A stretch of 64,000 bases of DNA, from positions 95,852,001 through 95,916,000 of the forward strand of contig NC_091478.1 in the NCBI RefSeq assembly GCF_036971445.1, given 5' to 3'. Origin of the DNA: Narcine bancroftii (lineage: Eukaryota). Both the position numbers and the translations under genes were made by a program. This document shows, piece after piece, positions 1 to 12,275 of this stretch. Positions within the stretch are counted from its first letter, which is position 1; each line of letters opens with the position of its first letter. The notes under the pieces were generated by a model. The model was given only the letters and a program-made list of their open reading frames with translations, did no database searches and had not been told where the DNA came from.

Positions 1-364
1 ACTTTGGAGATGGAGAGGGTCCATAAATTCTTTCCTTGTCAACCATGTCCTGATTGTAAAAATGAATCAGAGGACAAGGAGAATGTTTCCTGCTAACTCA
101 GCACTCTTAATTATCTACAACATAATTTGTTTCTAAATTACAGAGAGAGATTGCAGCTCATTTATCACTCCGTAGTTATGGCCCAAACTATAAAAATATT
201 CCACATAAATAATTAACTGACTGAAAACTGAGGAAAAGATTTAACCATCACAGCAGCACATTCTATATCCTTCCATTTCCCGAGAGGTTGCGAAAAACTC
301 AGTTCTGCAAATTACCAAGGATCCAGGGCATGGGGAGGTGGGTAAGGACGGTGAAAGACACAGA

Positions 365-620
365 CATCCTCATAAATCTCCTCTGCATCCTCTTCAGCTT
401 GACAGCATCTTTCCTGTAGCATGGGGACCTAAACTAAGTATAATATTCCAAATGGGGCCTCACCAATGCCTTATACAACTGCAACTTGACTTCCCAACTT
501 CTACGCTCTATATTCTGACTAATGAAAACCAATGTATTGAAAATCTTTTCAACCATCCTACCTGTAATACCACTTTCAAAGTACTCCTGGATCCCTCTGC
601 TCTGCAGCATTCCCTAGATT
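365..620 (-). mobile_element. Degraded CR1-type LINE fragment (3' part of RT ORF)
   Basis: Same antisense motif run as other CR1 copies here (tattccaaatggggcctcaccaatgccttatacaac vs ~50735-50765); no open frame. Confidence 0.55.
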
Positions 621-1831
621 CCTACTCTGTAGGTCGCACCCATGTTCAATTTGAGTGAGACAAACACAGGTATGCCACAAGGATCGCACAAATGCACACA
701 CAACAGGGGGTGGGTTGAAGAGGCAAAGCCCTCTGTGAGGTAATGGATTGAATTGGGAATTGCAAATACTACCCCAGTCTTAATGAGTTCAGTGCATTCT
801 GATCACACAGACTTAATTTAATACAGAAGATCAAGGGATGATCTAAACTGGTCTTTAACTGATTAAAGGGATTTGAATAGGTGGAGAGGGAGAAATTATC
901 TTGTCTGCCAGTGAGAGACCTGAACAAGATGGAGCTTCAAATGCTGAGCGCAGCTCTCAAGGGACTTGTCAGACAACATTTTTACACAAGGGGCGGGGAT
1001 TACCTGGAATACCAGCTGCTTCAATTTTCCAAGATTATCTGGGTTCCAGTCTGAGACTGATTGACTTTCATTCAGAAAAGGCACAAAGGAAGGAATCGAG
1101 AAGGAAACAAATGAAGGCAGAGAGCTCTCCGAATCCCAACTCAAAAAAGCAAGGGTGCTCCCAATGACACCAGCTCATATTTATGAACTCACCTTATCTC
1201 ATTAGTGCTCTTGGGACCTTGCTAAGCACAGACCAACCACCTCATTTTCTGCATGATAAAAGTTTCAGAACATCACAGCTCTATAGAAATGCAGATGCCT
1301 TGGTGGTGATGGGGTGGCAGGGGTGGGGTGAGTCATTGAGAGGAAAGTTCAGGACAGGGTGTCTTGATCCAAAAACAAACTCCTGGAGAAACTCAGCAGG
1401 TTGGAGCCCTTGACCAGGACTGAGTGCAGAGTTCTTCCAGCAGTTTGTTTATTGATCCAGATTCCAACATCTGCAGTCTCTTGTGAGGGGTCAGGGGTCT
1501 CCAGGTGTTGATTATCCTTTGGAGGTTCCCAGTGTTGTTGGAAATAACAAACAACTACCAAAACCATTAAACCATGGGACTTGCACTCTATGCCACTGGC
1601 CACCAACACACGCTTATTGCTACAGAGGTGCTAGGATATTGATTTAATGCAAATTTAAGCTCCCAAAATGGACAGGGTTAAAAAAAACCCCAATGAGCTT
1701 TGTGGACCTGGCCAGGAATACTTTAAAAAAAAACCTCGTATCAACAAATTGATCGTCATTCTTGTGGAATCGTGATGTGCATTCATTTTCCACATTACTG
1801 CAGTAACCATTTTGCACAGACGTACTTTATT

Positions 1832-1882
1832 TTACCCCCTCCATAAATCTTCGTCCGCGAAGCCAAGCCAAAGAAGAAGAAG
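1832..1882 (+). mobile_element. Ultra-5'-truncated RTE LINE 3' end (same family as 61525-63318)
   Basis: ttaccccctccataaatcttcgtccgcgaagccaagccaaagaagaagaag nearly identical to ~63272-63318; flanked by direct repeat actttatt (1824-1831, 1883-1890). Confidence 0.85.
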
Positions 1883-2087
1883 ACTTTATTAGCCATAGGT
1901 TGTGAGGGGTGTTTTACAATCTCGATATAAAATGCTCAGCAGGTTGGCCAGCATCTGTGGAAACAGTTTCAGGGGTTCCCTGTTTATATTTCCACAGTTG
2001 TTGCCTGTTCGGAGGAGTTTCCCCAGCACCTTCTGCTTTTGTTTCAGGTTCCCAGAATCCTTGGAATTCTCTGACTCCTCTGCTCAC

Positions 2088-2285
2088 CTGCCTTATCGTT
2101 GCTTTCCTCAAACTCCACCATCACCGAGTGGCCATTGTTGCAGATGGACACGGAGGAGCAGCCAGTGTAGGACAGGGCGATGGGCTGGAGCTCGGCATTA
2201 TAGACTGCCTCAGCAGGAAGGATGTCCACAGGTGACTGGCGGTTTCCCCGAGCAAATGGGAATTCCTTGTACCAGTTCAAGGGCC
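2088..2285 (-). CDS. CA7: Carbonic anhydrase 7, coding exon 2 (198 nt)
   Basis: cag acceptor at 2288-2286, gtgag donor at 2087-2083; (G)PLNWYKEFPFARGNRQSPVDILPAEAVYNAELQPIALSYTGCSSVSICNNGHSVMVEFEESNDKA has the alpha-CA RQSP and NNGHS (His64) motifs; CA7-like, and head-to-head with NAE1 as in human. Confidence 0.9.
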
Positions 2286-3279
2286 CTGCGAGGGAAGACA
2301 GGAATCAGAGATCAGCCCAGCCTTAGACAGGGACAGCTCAGCCAAACCACCTTGACCCAAAATACCTCCTCCTCAGATGTTTCCCCAACTCCGTGGTCCC
2401 TTCTCCTCATCGTTTCCCGGTCTCCTCCACCGCCTTTGCTTCCACCGCCTTCTGCTACTTTCTCCACCTGCAGGCTGGACCAGGCGAGCAGTGGACAACC
2501 TCAAGTCCCCCTTCCCAATTTTTTTTTTGTTGCGGATCCCCCACTGTCCGGATGCACCGCAGCTCGGGATGGGAACCATTCTGCCCAGCATTCTCCCAGA
2601 GAGCTGTAAACACAGCTCCCGCAAACCAATCTCCCCTCCCTCCTCTCTATCTCAGCCCCTCCAGGAAAGTTGCCACCAAGTTTTTAAAAAAGGGCCCTCT
2701 TCCTCGGCCCCCCTTCTCCGCCCACCCTTCAGGGAGAAGATGCAAGAGCTTGCAAAACAAACCTCCAGATTCAAGGACAGTTTCGACCCCACTGTTATGA
2801 GTCTCTTGAATGGACTTCACACGACGAAAAGATCATCCCCTTGCACTGTTTAACCGTACACTACATCCCATAGTTTTATTTGACTTGCTTGGATGGCACG
2901 TCGTTTTGACATCGCACGGCAATGCGCAATTTAATTCCAATGTAGGCTTGATGAAAGGTTCGATCCCATAACGTCGCCCATACGGTTTCCTCCTTTCGAC
3001 CCGCTGAGTCCCTCCCGCAAGGTTGTTTGCCCAGATTCCAACCCCTCCTGGGGCTCCAGTCCATTTCAATTTGAGGGACAGACCATGTCCTAAAATAAGG
3101 GTTTAATTAAATATGGGGGGCAGGGGGAGAGGGGGGGACTGGAAGATTCCCTCGGTCCCAGGTACCTGCCACCGAAGAAGTTCAAAACAGGCTAGTTTCA
3201 CGAATTCCTAGCTCTGCAAAGAGGCTTTTTTTTAAAAATCGCAATGGGTCAGAATTAGACCGCAAGGTAACACGCTCAC

Positions 3280-3310
3280 CGTTATCATCTCCGTAGCCCC
3301 AGCAGCTCAT
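3280..3310 (-). CDS. CA7: Carbonic anhydrase 7, coding exon 1 (31 nt, MSCWGYGDDN-G)
   Basis: ATG at 3310, cytosolic CA WGY motif, phase-1 gtgag donor at 3279-3275 joins exon 2 in frame; no signal peptide; later exons not found in the window. Confidence 0.9.
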
Positions 3311-3600
3311 CCTCGGCGACTGTGGAGGGAGAGGCTGCTTCCCCCTCCTTTTATTGAAAGGAGACCGGGACTGCGTGGACAAGCCTCTGGTGGAGTTGGG
3401 GTCCCTCCCCGTTTGGGTGCGTCTGTTCATCGCCCGCTCCCGGGACCAGTTTGCCAGCCACGGCAGGACAAATCCTTGACCGTGCGCTGATTTCCCGTCT
3501 CCCCTCCTCGATGATCTTTCTTCCCGAAGGCATTCAGACCCACCGGCACGATCTAAATCGATTCAAAAGCACGAAGCGTAAAGCGAGCAAAGCTAATACT
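3311..3600 (-). promoter_or_regulatory. Putative CA7 promoter/5'UTR, CpG-enriched, with TATA-like CAATAAAA at 3356-3349
   Basis: Local CpG enrichment in a CpG-poor background; AT-rich box ~40 nt upstream of the ATG; position-based inference. Confidence 0.4.
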
Positions 3601-3667
3601 TTGCAAAAGATCTTTCCAAAAAAAAATCATGCAGCGAGTTTTTCTCGGTGCCAGCTCCTTTCATTCG

Positions 3668-5668
3668 TCCCTCCCTCCCTCTCTCCGTTTCCCTCCCTCC
3701 CTCTCTCCGTTTCCCTCCCTCCCTCTCTCCGTTTCCCTCCCTCCCTCTCTCCGTTTCCCTCCCTCCCTCTCTCCGTTTCCCTCCCTCCCTCCGTTTCCCT
3801 CCCACCCTCTCTCCGTTTCCCTCCCACCCTCTCTCCGTTTCCCTCCCTCCCTCTCTCCGTTTCCCTCCCTCCCTCTCTCCTTCCCTCCCTCCCTCTCTCC
3901 GTTTCCCTCCTTCCCTCTCTCCGTTTCCCTCCCTCCCTCTCTCCGTTTCCCTCCCTCTCTCCGTTTCCCTCCCTCCCTCGCTCCGTTTCCCTCCCTCTCT
4001 CGCTCCGTTTCCCTCCCACCCTCTCTCCGTTTCCCTCCCTCCCTCTCTCCGTTTCCCTCCCTCCCTCTCTCCGTTTCCCTCCCTCCCTCTCTCCGTTTCC
4101 CTCCCTCCCTCTCTCCGTTTCCCTCCCTCCCTCTCTCCGTTTCCCTCCCTCCCTCCCTCGCTCCGTTTCCCTCCCACCCTCTCTCCGTTTCCCTCCCTCC
4201 CTCTCTCCGTTTCCCTCCCTCCCTCTCTCCGTTTCCCTCCCTCTCTCCGTTTCCCTCCCTCCCTCTCTCCGTTTCCCTCCCTCCCTCTCTCCGTTTCCCT
4301 CCCTCCCTCTCTCCGTTTCCCTCCCACCCACTCTCCGTTTCCCTCCCTCCCTCCTCTCCCTCCTCCGTTTCCCTCCCTCCCTCTCTCCGTTTCCCTCCCT
4401 CCCTCTCTCCGTTTCCCTCCCTCCCTCTCTCCGTTTCCCTCCCTCCTTTCCCTCCCTCCCTCCTCTCCCTCCTCCGTTTCCCTCCCTCCCTCTCTCCGTT
4501 TCCCTCCCTCCCTCTCTCCGTTTCCCTCCCTCCCTCTCTCCGTTTTCCTCCCACCCTCTCCGTTTCCCTCCCTCCCTCTCTCCGTTTTCCTCCCACCCTC
4601 TCCGTTTTCCTCCCACCCTCTCTCCGTTTCCCTCCCTCCCTCGCTCCGTTTTCCTCTCACCCTCTCTCCGTTTCCCTCCCTCCTCCGTTTCCCTCCCTCC
4701 CTCTCTCCGTTTCCCTCCCTCCCTCGCTCCGTTTCCCTCCCTCCCTCGCTCCGTTTCCCTCCCTCTCTCCGTTTCCCTCCTTTCCCTCCCTCCCTCCTCT
4801 CCCTCCTCCGTTTCCCTCCCTCCCTCTCTCCGTTTCCCTCCCTCCCTCTCTCCGTTTCCCTCCCTCCCTCTCTCCGTTTCCCTCCCTCCCTCGCTCCGTT
4901 TCCCTCCCTCCCTCGCTCCGTTTCCCTCCCTCCCTCGCTCCGTTTCCCTCCCTCCCTCTCTCCGTTTCCCTCCCTCCCTCGCTCCGTTTCCCTCCCTCCC
5001 TCTCTCCGTTTCCCTCCCTCCCTCTCTCCGTTTCCCTCCCTCCCTCGCTCCGTTTCCCTCCCTCCCTCGCTCCGTTTCCCTCCCTCCCTCGCTCCGTTTC
5101 CCTCCCTCCCTCGCTCCGTTTCCCTCCCTCCCTCGCTCCGTTTCCCTCCCTCCCTCTCTCCGTTTTCCTCCCACCCTCTCCGTTTTCCTCCCACCCTCTC
5201 TCCGTTTCCCTCCCTCCCTCGCTCCGTTTTCCTCTCACCCTCTCTCCGTTTCCCTCCCTCTCTCCGTTTCCCTCCCTCCCTCTCTCCGTTTCCCTCCCTC
5301 CCACGCTCCGTTTCCCTCCCTCCTTTCCCTCCCTCCCTCCTCTCCCTCCTCCGTTTCCCTCCCTCTCTCCGTTTCCCTCCCTCCCTCTCTCCGTTTCCCT
5401 CCCTCCCTCGCTCCGTTTCCCTCCCTCCCTCGCTCCGTTTCCCTCCCTCCCTCGCTCCGTTTCCCTCCCTCCCTCGCTCCGTTTCCCTCCCACCCTCGCT
5501 CCGTTTCCCTCCCTCTCTCCGTTTCCCTCCTTTCCCTCCCTCCCTCCTCTCCCTCCTCCGTTTCCCTCCCTCCCTCCGTTTCCCTCCCTCCCTCGCTCCG
5601 TTTCCCTCCCACCCACTCTCCGTTTCCCTCCCTCCCTCCATCTCTCCGTCTCCCTCCCTCCCTCCCTC
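3668..5668. repeat. 22-bp polypyrimidine minisatellite (tccgtttccctccctccctctc)n, ~2 kb, roughly 90 units
   Basis: Direct tandem repetition with variant units; explains all long P/S/L- and G/R/E-rich ORFs here. Confidence 0.97.
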
Positions 5669-6381
5669 AGCCCGCTGTAGCGTGTGACCGACCCAATTTT
5701 TCTGCGCACAGTTTGCATCTGTTATTTTATGATGAACGAAGCAAGCTTGGGTCTCAAGTTTAGTTATCAAAACACGCAAAAACTGCGGTGGCCGTTCAAG
5801 AGACTGTCGTTAACCCCTTCATCTCCAAAAAAAATGGGGAACTGCAGAAAACGCTCAGCAGGGCAGGCAGCATCTGTGGAGGGAGGACCAGAGTTGAAGG
5901 AGCAGGGAGTTAGCGCCACCTGCTGAGTGCTGCCAGCATTTTCCATCTCCAGTTGCTTCCCTTTCACCCTTCCCATACCCATCCATCATCCCTCCCCCAA
6001 CTGCTGTCCAGTCACATGCCAAGCCCTTCTCTCACCCCTCTCCCTATCTTTATTCCACATTCAGTCTGGATGCATCATTTCGACTGACCTGTTCACTCTC
6101 CACAGATGCTGCCTGACCCACTGGGTTCCTCCAGCAGATGGTTTGTTTCAGCTCATCAACGAGCCTGAGAGCCCATCAATTCCAAACTTACTTTCAACTG
6201 TTAACTCCTCTTTGTCTCTCTCATTCTCGATCTTTCTTTTCCTCCCAACTCCATGTCCCTTCTATCTATCAAAGAGCCACCTTCTGCTTTCTATCTCTTC
6301 TCAGCTTTTTTCTCTTCTACTTCCCACCTGCATCTACCTGTGTGCTTTTCCCCCTGCCCCTTCCTCCCTCCTCCCCCCTCC

Positions 6382-7100
6382 TGTCTTGGGTAAACTTATA
6401 CCTCTCATTTTGTTTGTTTTAGATTGGTCACAGTGTTTGAGCTACCAAAAGAAAATAGACACACACACCGAGAGCAGTTCAGATTATACAAATGTTTATT
6501 ACAAATTCAAAAGCTGATTTCACACTACAATGTGTAAGCCCTTTCCAACTATACTTATCATCGCTTGGACTGGTCCCAACTGCCGAACCGAGGCAATGAC
6601 TGCACACTTGTAGTAGGTTGTCAGGGTGCCGGTAGCAGCTTCTCCACCTCCCTTGACCGGGACGTTGGCTGGACTCCAGAAGTTCTTCTTCTAGTTGAGA
6701 GATGTTGCCACCTCTCGGAGAGTCTCAAACTTCAGCAGCGGGACCATGGCTTGTATTACCCAAAAACTGCTTACCCAAGCATCTATTCACAGCACAGCAA
6801 GAAAGATAAGCAAGTAAGCTAGCATGCTAGGCTTCTAACGAATAACATAATTTTCAGCTTATCACTTTGAATACAATGGTTTATTTTGCATCAAGGCTAG
6901 GCCTCTGACAGTCTGTGACCAAAACAAGCAGGAAGATTAAATGTTCTTGGTACACAGATGTCCTTTCGTCAGATAACGGCATCTCTGGCCCCTCGGTGGA
7001 ATTTAGCTTATGTCTGCTGATTCTAAAACACAAGCAGGCTCTCAGTCTGGCAAAATCCAGAGCTGCAAATTAAAAAAGCAGGTTAGAATCTTCCATTACA
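6382..7100 (-). mobile_element. Probable solo LTR (~720 bp)
   Basis: TG...CA termini, minus-strand AATAAA (tttatt 6495-6500), near-TSD cctcc/ccacc; interrupts an older pyrimidine-rich repeat that resumes after 7100. Confidence 0.5.
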
Positions 7101-7245
7101 CCACCCCACACTTTCTTAATCAGGCTATTCTTGCTCATACTTTGACATCCTGTACCTCCCATGAATTCTGCGTGACCAGCTGAGTTTCTCCAGCACATTT
7201 ATGCATTGCATTGTTTAACTTACCTTCAATGGGACGAGCATACCT

Positions 7246-7475
7246 GGGTGGCACGGTGTACGTAGTACAGCACCAGCAATCAGGACAGGGTTAAAATCCA
7301 TGCTGTCTGTAAGGAGTTTGTATGTTCTCCCTGAGTCTGCATTGGTTTCCCCCAGGGGCCCCAGTTTCCTCCCACCATTCAAAAACATACTGGGGATGTT
7401 GGTTAATTAGGTGTAAATTGGGTGGCATGGACTCGTGGGCCAAAATGGCCTGTTGCCGTGCTGTATGTATGTAAA
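7246..7475 (+). mobile_element. tRNA-derived HE1/V-SINE-like element
   Basis: ggcacggtg head and gctgtctgtaaggagtttgtatgttctccc...tttcctcccac core; related copies at 27117 and 42499. Confidence 0.75.
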
Positions 7476-8984
7476 TAACTGTCCGTTTATAGTAATCCTA
7501 TTCTGATTCTTTTATATTCTTCCCACATTCCCATCAACTCCACCAGGTTCTCCACTCATCCACACGGCAGAATAACTACTAATTAACTCACTGGCTCTGC
7601 GCAGGTTTGTTATTTGGGAGAAACTCACAGGATCACTCCACACAGACAGCTCCTGTGGTCAGGATTGAATCCAGGTCTCTGGAGCTGGACGGCCCACTCT
7701 GCTGCACCACCCACTCTACCGGGATTATCCTGACTCCAAACCCATTGAGTCTCCGAATTCTCCCTGAAATGGGCAACTGTGCCACACATCCCCTCCCCAC
7801 CAGCCCCAAAGGAGTATCTGCAGAAGCAACTCACCAGAAGACATTCCAGGGCAAATCAAGGAGGGCCAATAAACCGTGGCCTTGCCACCAATGCCTGCCT
7901 TTCTTGGGAGAATTTTTAAAGGAACTATATCTCTTTTTCACTGTTAATTTATAATTATTGAAGGAAGGGAAGAATCTTTCTCATTGAAGAGAGTCAATGT
8001 TTTCAGCGGGGCCTAGGGGTTTAGAATGATTGACAAGGAAAAATGTGCAACTGGAGAGGCAGAGGAAGCAGATTCCGCAGCATTTTTCCAATGGGAAGCG
8101 GAGACATACCAATGATTTGGTGGGTGATGCAAAAGCCCAGGAGTGGGGACCAAATAAAGAGCTCTTCTGAGGTGCCAACACAGGCATGATGGGCTGAATG
8201 GTTTAATTCTGTGCTCTGTTGTACAATTTCAGGATTTTCCCAACTGCTTCACATTCAGCAAAGGGACTGTCATAATACATGCGGCACAGATGTTAATTTA
8301 TGCACAGTAAGCTCAGAAAACAGCAAGGCAATATATCAGCAGATAATCTTTACAGCACCTTCTTACAGCACAGGCTATTTTTGAAGATTTAAATGGGGCA
8401 AGGTCCTTGCTGAGGTGAGCACTTTGCCGCTCTAAATTGTAACACTTAATTGCAGAAATAAAGCCAAAGCCTGTTCTTCGCAGAGCTTTATCTGGTTTAG
8501 ATTTACACTGGTGATTACCTTGTCATGACATATTGATCGATTTATAGAATGACCCATGATCTGTCATCATCGACACCCTCTCTGTGTGTTCCATGTTACT
8601 TTACTCGGGACACACACCCCACACCCACAACCTTGTGAAATAAACTTTCCAAAAGTCGCTCGACAAGGCACCAAACAAAACAGTTCTTGTGTTCAGAAAT
8701 GGAGTCACACAAGAGACTACAGATGCTGGAGTTAAGTAGGAGCTTACAAGCTGGGGTAACATATCAGCATGGATCGAGGCTTGCTTAGTTAGAATAGAGG
8801 GATTGTTTTCAGTTTGGAAGGTTATTAGTGGGGAGTCACAGGAATTAGTTCAGGGAACTCAGCTTTTCATATTTTATATCAACAACAGATGAAAAGAGTG
8901 TTACGTGCCTTGGAATCCGGGACTCATTACTGGGGAGGGTAATGTCTTGGGTGGAGGGCACAGTCTGTGAGAGATAATATGACA

Positions 8985-9335
8985 TTTATAGTCATGCACA
9001 TTGTACCAAAATTCTTACCTGCTGCAGCTGAACATACCTACAATAGTACAAATTAAACTAAATTAAAATAAAATAAACACAAAAGATAGAGAATAAATAT
9101 TCACAGTTACCATGGTACAAGAAAAAAGAGTAGTGATATAATAATGCAGACTGTCCTTTTGTAGGGTTGGTGTAGTCCCTGTTAAGTGTAACGGGGAGGT
9201 TCAGGAGCCTGATACTTGTTGGAAAGAAACTGTTCTTGAACCTGGAGGTACTGGTCTTCAGTCTTCCGTACCTTCTACCTAAAGATAGCAGAGAGATAAG
9301 GTTGTGACCAGGGTGATAGGATCCTTTATGTTTTT
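8985..9335 (-). mobile_element. Rex1/Babar-like LINE 3' fragment
   Basis: Antisense translation HPGHNLISLLSLGRRYGRLKTSTSRFKNSFFPTSIRLLN, a typical C-terminus of this group. Confidence 0.65.
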
Positions 9336-10002
9336 TATATGTACGTGGGCATGTCGGGTCATAATGAGAGCTTCGATGGGAAGAGTGGAGAGACAAGATA
9401 TTTTTAAACTGTGGGAAACAAGTAAGCGATCAGGTCCTGTCAATTCCCTCACAGACTGCTGTGTCAGAGCATTTTCCAAGGACATGCCTCAATGCACTGG
9501 AGTCCTTGGGAGCCGATTCCCGAGAGTAGGGAGGGAGACATATCTACTCTGTCTAATTTCAAACACCCTATGATTACTGCAGACTCATCCATAGGTTCAC
9601 TCAGGAGAGCAGTCCAGTTCCAGGGGAAGTTTCAGTGGGTCAGCCAGAGGCCAGACAAACATGATTGCATTTATGTTGCCTTCTGTGCCCCGTTACAGCA
9701 GAGGGGCATTAGAGAAGGGAAGCCCAGAGAACAAGGTATCAGACACCAAAATGCTACATACAAACCTTGGGGAACAATTACTTAGAGCTTGGCCATTGGT
9801 TTGTGCTATCATTTCTGCTCACATCATCATCCTCCCAATGCACATCTCCCTATCACCAATATCTTCTCTCAAAGTGTCATGAAAAGATACATCAAGGAAA
9901 AAGGCCATTCAGCCCACAAAGTACATGCCAACCATCAACTACACATTTAGTCAGTCTCACAGTGGGAAAACAGACCTTTTGACCCATCTTGCCCATGCTG
10001 AC

Positions 10003-10132
10003 NNNNNNNNNNNNNNNNNNNNNNNNNNNNNNNNNNNNNNNNNNNNNNNNNNNNNNNNNNNNNNNNNNNNNNNNNNNNNNNNNNNNNNNNNNNNNNNNNN
10101 NNNNNNNNNNNNNNNNNNNNNNNNNNNNNNNN
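10003..10132. other. Assembly gap (130 N)
   Basis: Run of n. Confidence 1.
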
Positions 10133-10550
10133 TGCGTGTGAGTATATATCTGTGTGTGTGTGTATGGGAATATATCAGTGTGTGTGAGTATATATCAGTG
10201 CGTGTATGTGTGTGCTTGTATGAGTATATATCTCTGTGTCTGTGTATGGGAATATATCAGTGTGTGTGTGAAAATATATCTGTGTGTGTGTGTGTGTGTG
10301 TGTGTGCATGCACGTATCAGTGTGTGTGTGTGATTATATATCTGTGTGTGTGTATGAGAATATATCAGTGTATGTGTTTGTGTGTGTGTGAGTATATATC
10401 AGTGTGTATGGGTGTATGTATGGGAATATATCAGTGTGTCTGCGCGCGTATCAGTGTGTGTGTATATGAGTATATATATGTGTGTGTATGAGAATATATC
10501 AGTGTGTGTGCGCGCGTTTCAGTGTGTGTGTATGAGTATATATCAGTGTT
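10133..10550. repeat. (TG)n-rich compound microsatellite (gtgtgtgagtatatatcagt-type units)
   Basis: Direct inspection; abuts the gap, so true length is unknown. Confidence 0.9.
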
Positions 10551-10679
10551 TGTCTGGGTTTGGTTTACACCTTTATCCCTGTGTAAGGTAATCACACTGC
10601 CACCTGCTGGACATATACAGTCAAAATAGGAAAGTAAAACCATTTTCTACAGCAACTTTCATGCATGTTGGATGATTTG

Positions 10680-11100
10680 GAGCACAGAACTTTACAGCAC
10701 ATACAGGCCCTTTTGCCTACTCAACAATCTATCTCACACCCATTTTTTTCTTATATTCACATGTCTTTTGAATGACCCTTTTGTACCAGCCTCCAATGCA
10801 ATGTTTTCCAGACACCCACCACTCTCTGAGTAAAAAAACCTACCTCTGACTTCTTCCCTAAACTTTCCTCCCTCACCTTATGCATATTTGTTACCATTGC
10901 CCTGGGAAAATGGTGCTGACTGTCCATCCTATCTATACTTCTCATAATCTCGTAGACCTCTATTAAGTCACACCTCATCCTTCATAGCTCAAATGAGAAA
11001 AGCCCTAATTCTGTTCACCTTGCTCCATAAGATACATTTTCCAATCCAGGAAAAATCCTAGATAATCTTCCCTCCACCCTCTCCAAAGCTTCCACGTCCT
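10680..11100 (-). mobile_element. CR1-type LINE 3' fragment
   Basis: Antisense MRCDLIEVYEIMRSIDRMD...FFTQRVVGVWKTL, a CR1 ORF2 C-terminus. Confidence 0.75.
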
Positions 11101-12275
11101 TTTTGGATTGATCTACTTACAACTACTGTGTCCATGCTGGGTCCCAGCAGAACAATTCCATTCCCTTTGTTGATTTCCCTCTTACCAAGACTCTTCCCTC
11201 ACCAAGTTTCAGTTGAAACATTGTCCACTGCTGCTGCTTGACTCGCTCACTTCCTCCGGGAAATCGTGTTATCCCTTTATATAATCGAAGGCTATCCACT
11301 GCTTATTTAGCACATCCAAGGATGATTACCCAACTAACTTTAGACAATGACTCCTTGTTGACTTTCTGAATTCCCAAAAATAGTTATAACTCATTTCAGA
11401 AGCATAGATTATGGCATTTGTAATATTTTGAAATACCATTGTCACAGATATGATCACCGTCAATTTAATAGCCCAGAAACAGTCCGTAATGTCCTCTTTC
11501 TTCTCCCAAGCTATTTCTATTCTTCCTTTTTCCCCCTCCACATTTTTTTTCCTCATGCCCCCCCCCACCACCCCATGGCACACTATCAACCCCCTCCATC
11601 TCTAAATCCATCCACCCACCTGTAGGATACTTCCACCTCCCCCCTTCCACTCTAATTTCACCTGGTCCCATCTGCCCTTCTTGTCACCTGCTCCTCTCAC
11701 CAGATCCCACCTTTGGTTTCACATCACCCGTTCCTCCATCATATAAGACTCACCTTCCTCCACCTGGCCTCTCTTTTGCTCCTGCTTCCTCTTTTGCTCC
11801 TGCCTCAACCACTCCCTTTGACTGGCATATGCCAATCAACTGCCTCTATCTGTCAATCTTCACATTTCCCTTGTCCTCCAATCCGCGACTGGCTCCATTG
11901 CAACTCCTCCCACTCAGGCCTCCTTCTACTGGGCATGTTCCCTCTGCACCCCCACTCATGACGAAGGGTTCTGGTCAACCATTCTTTTCTATTCATTGTT
12001 TTAATTTTAAATAAAATTGTTTTATTTTTGCTCCAGATTCCCTTTAAGAAATAATGAACAGACATTTAAAAAGAAACAACAAATCTTTAAGATTATTCTC
12101 TGTTCTTTTAAAAAGTACAAACCAGTCACAATCAAACTGCCTCAGAATAGTTCAAAAGAAGAAACATGGTAATAATATCATGAGTTTAATTCATAAATTG
12201 TACAATGTACATATGCACCAATATTCTTACTTGCTCTGCTCAACAGGCATTTTTTAAAAACTATAATAATGAACA

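Noticed and set aside
1-2087. CA7 exon 3 (QFHFHWG zinc-ligand exon)
   Set aside because: Not found on the minus strand by eye; presumed to lie left of the window, so CA7 integrity cannot be judged
1902-2853. Plus-strand ORFs of 108-235 aa
   Set aside because: Antisense shadows of CA7 exon 2 and GC-rich intron sequence; no recognisable homology
3451-5779. Multiple 300-770 aa ORFs on both strands
   Set aside because: Translations of the 22-bp minisatellite, which lacks stop codons; no domain content or splice context
7246-7475. Possible tRNA genes (also 27117, 42499)
   Set aside because: Degenerate tRNA-derived SINE heads followed by the SINE core; no intact cloverleaf
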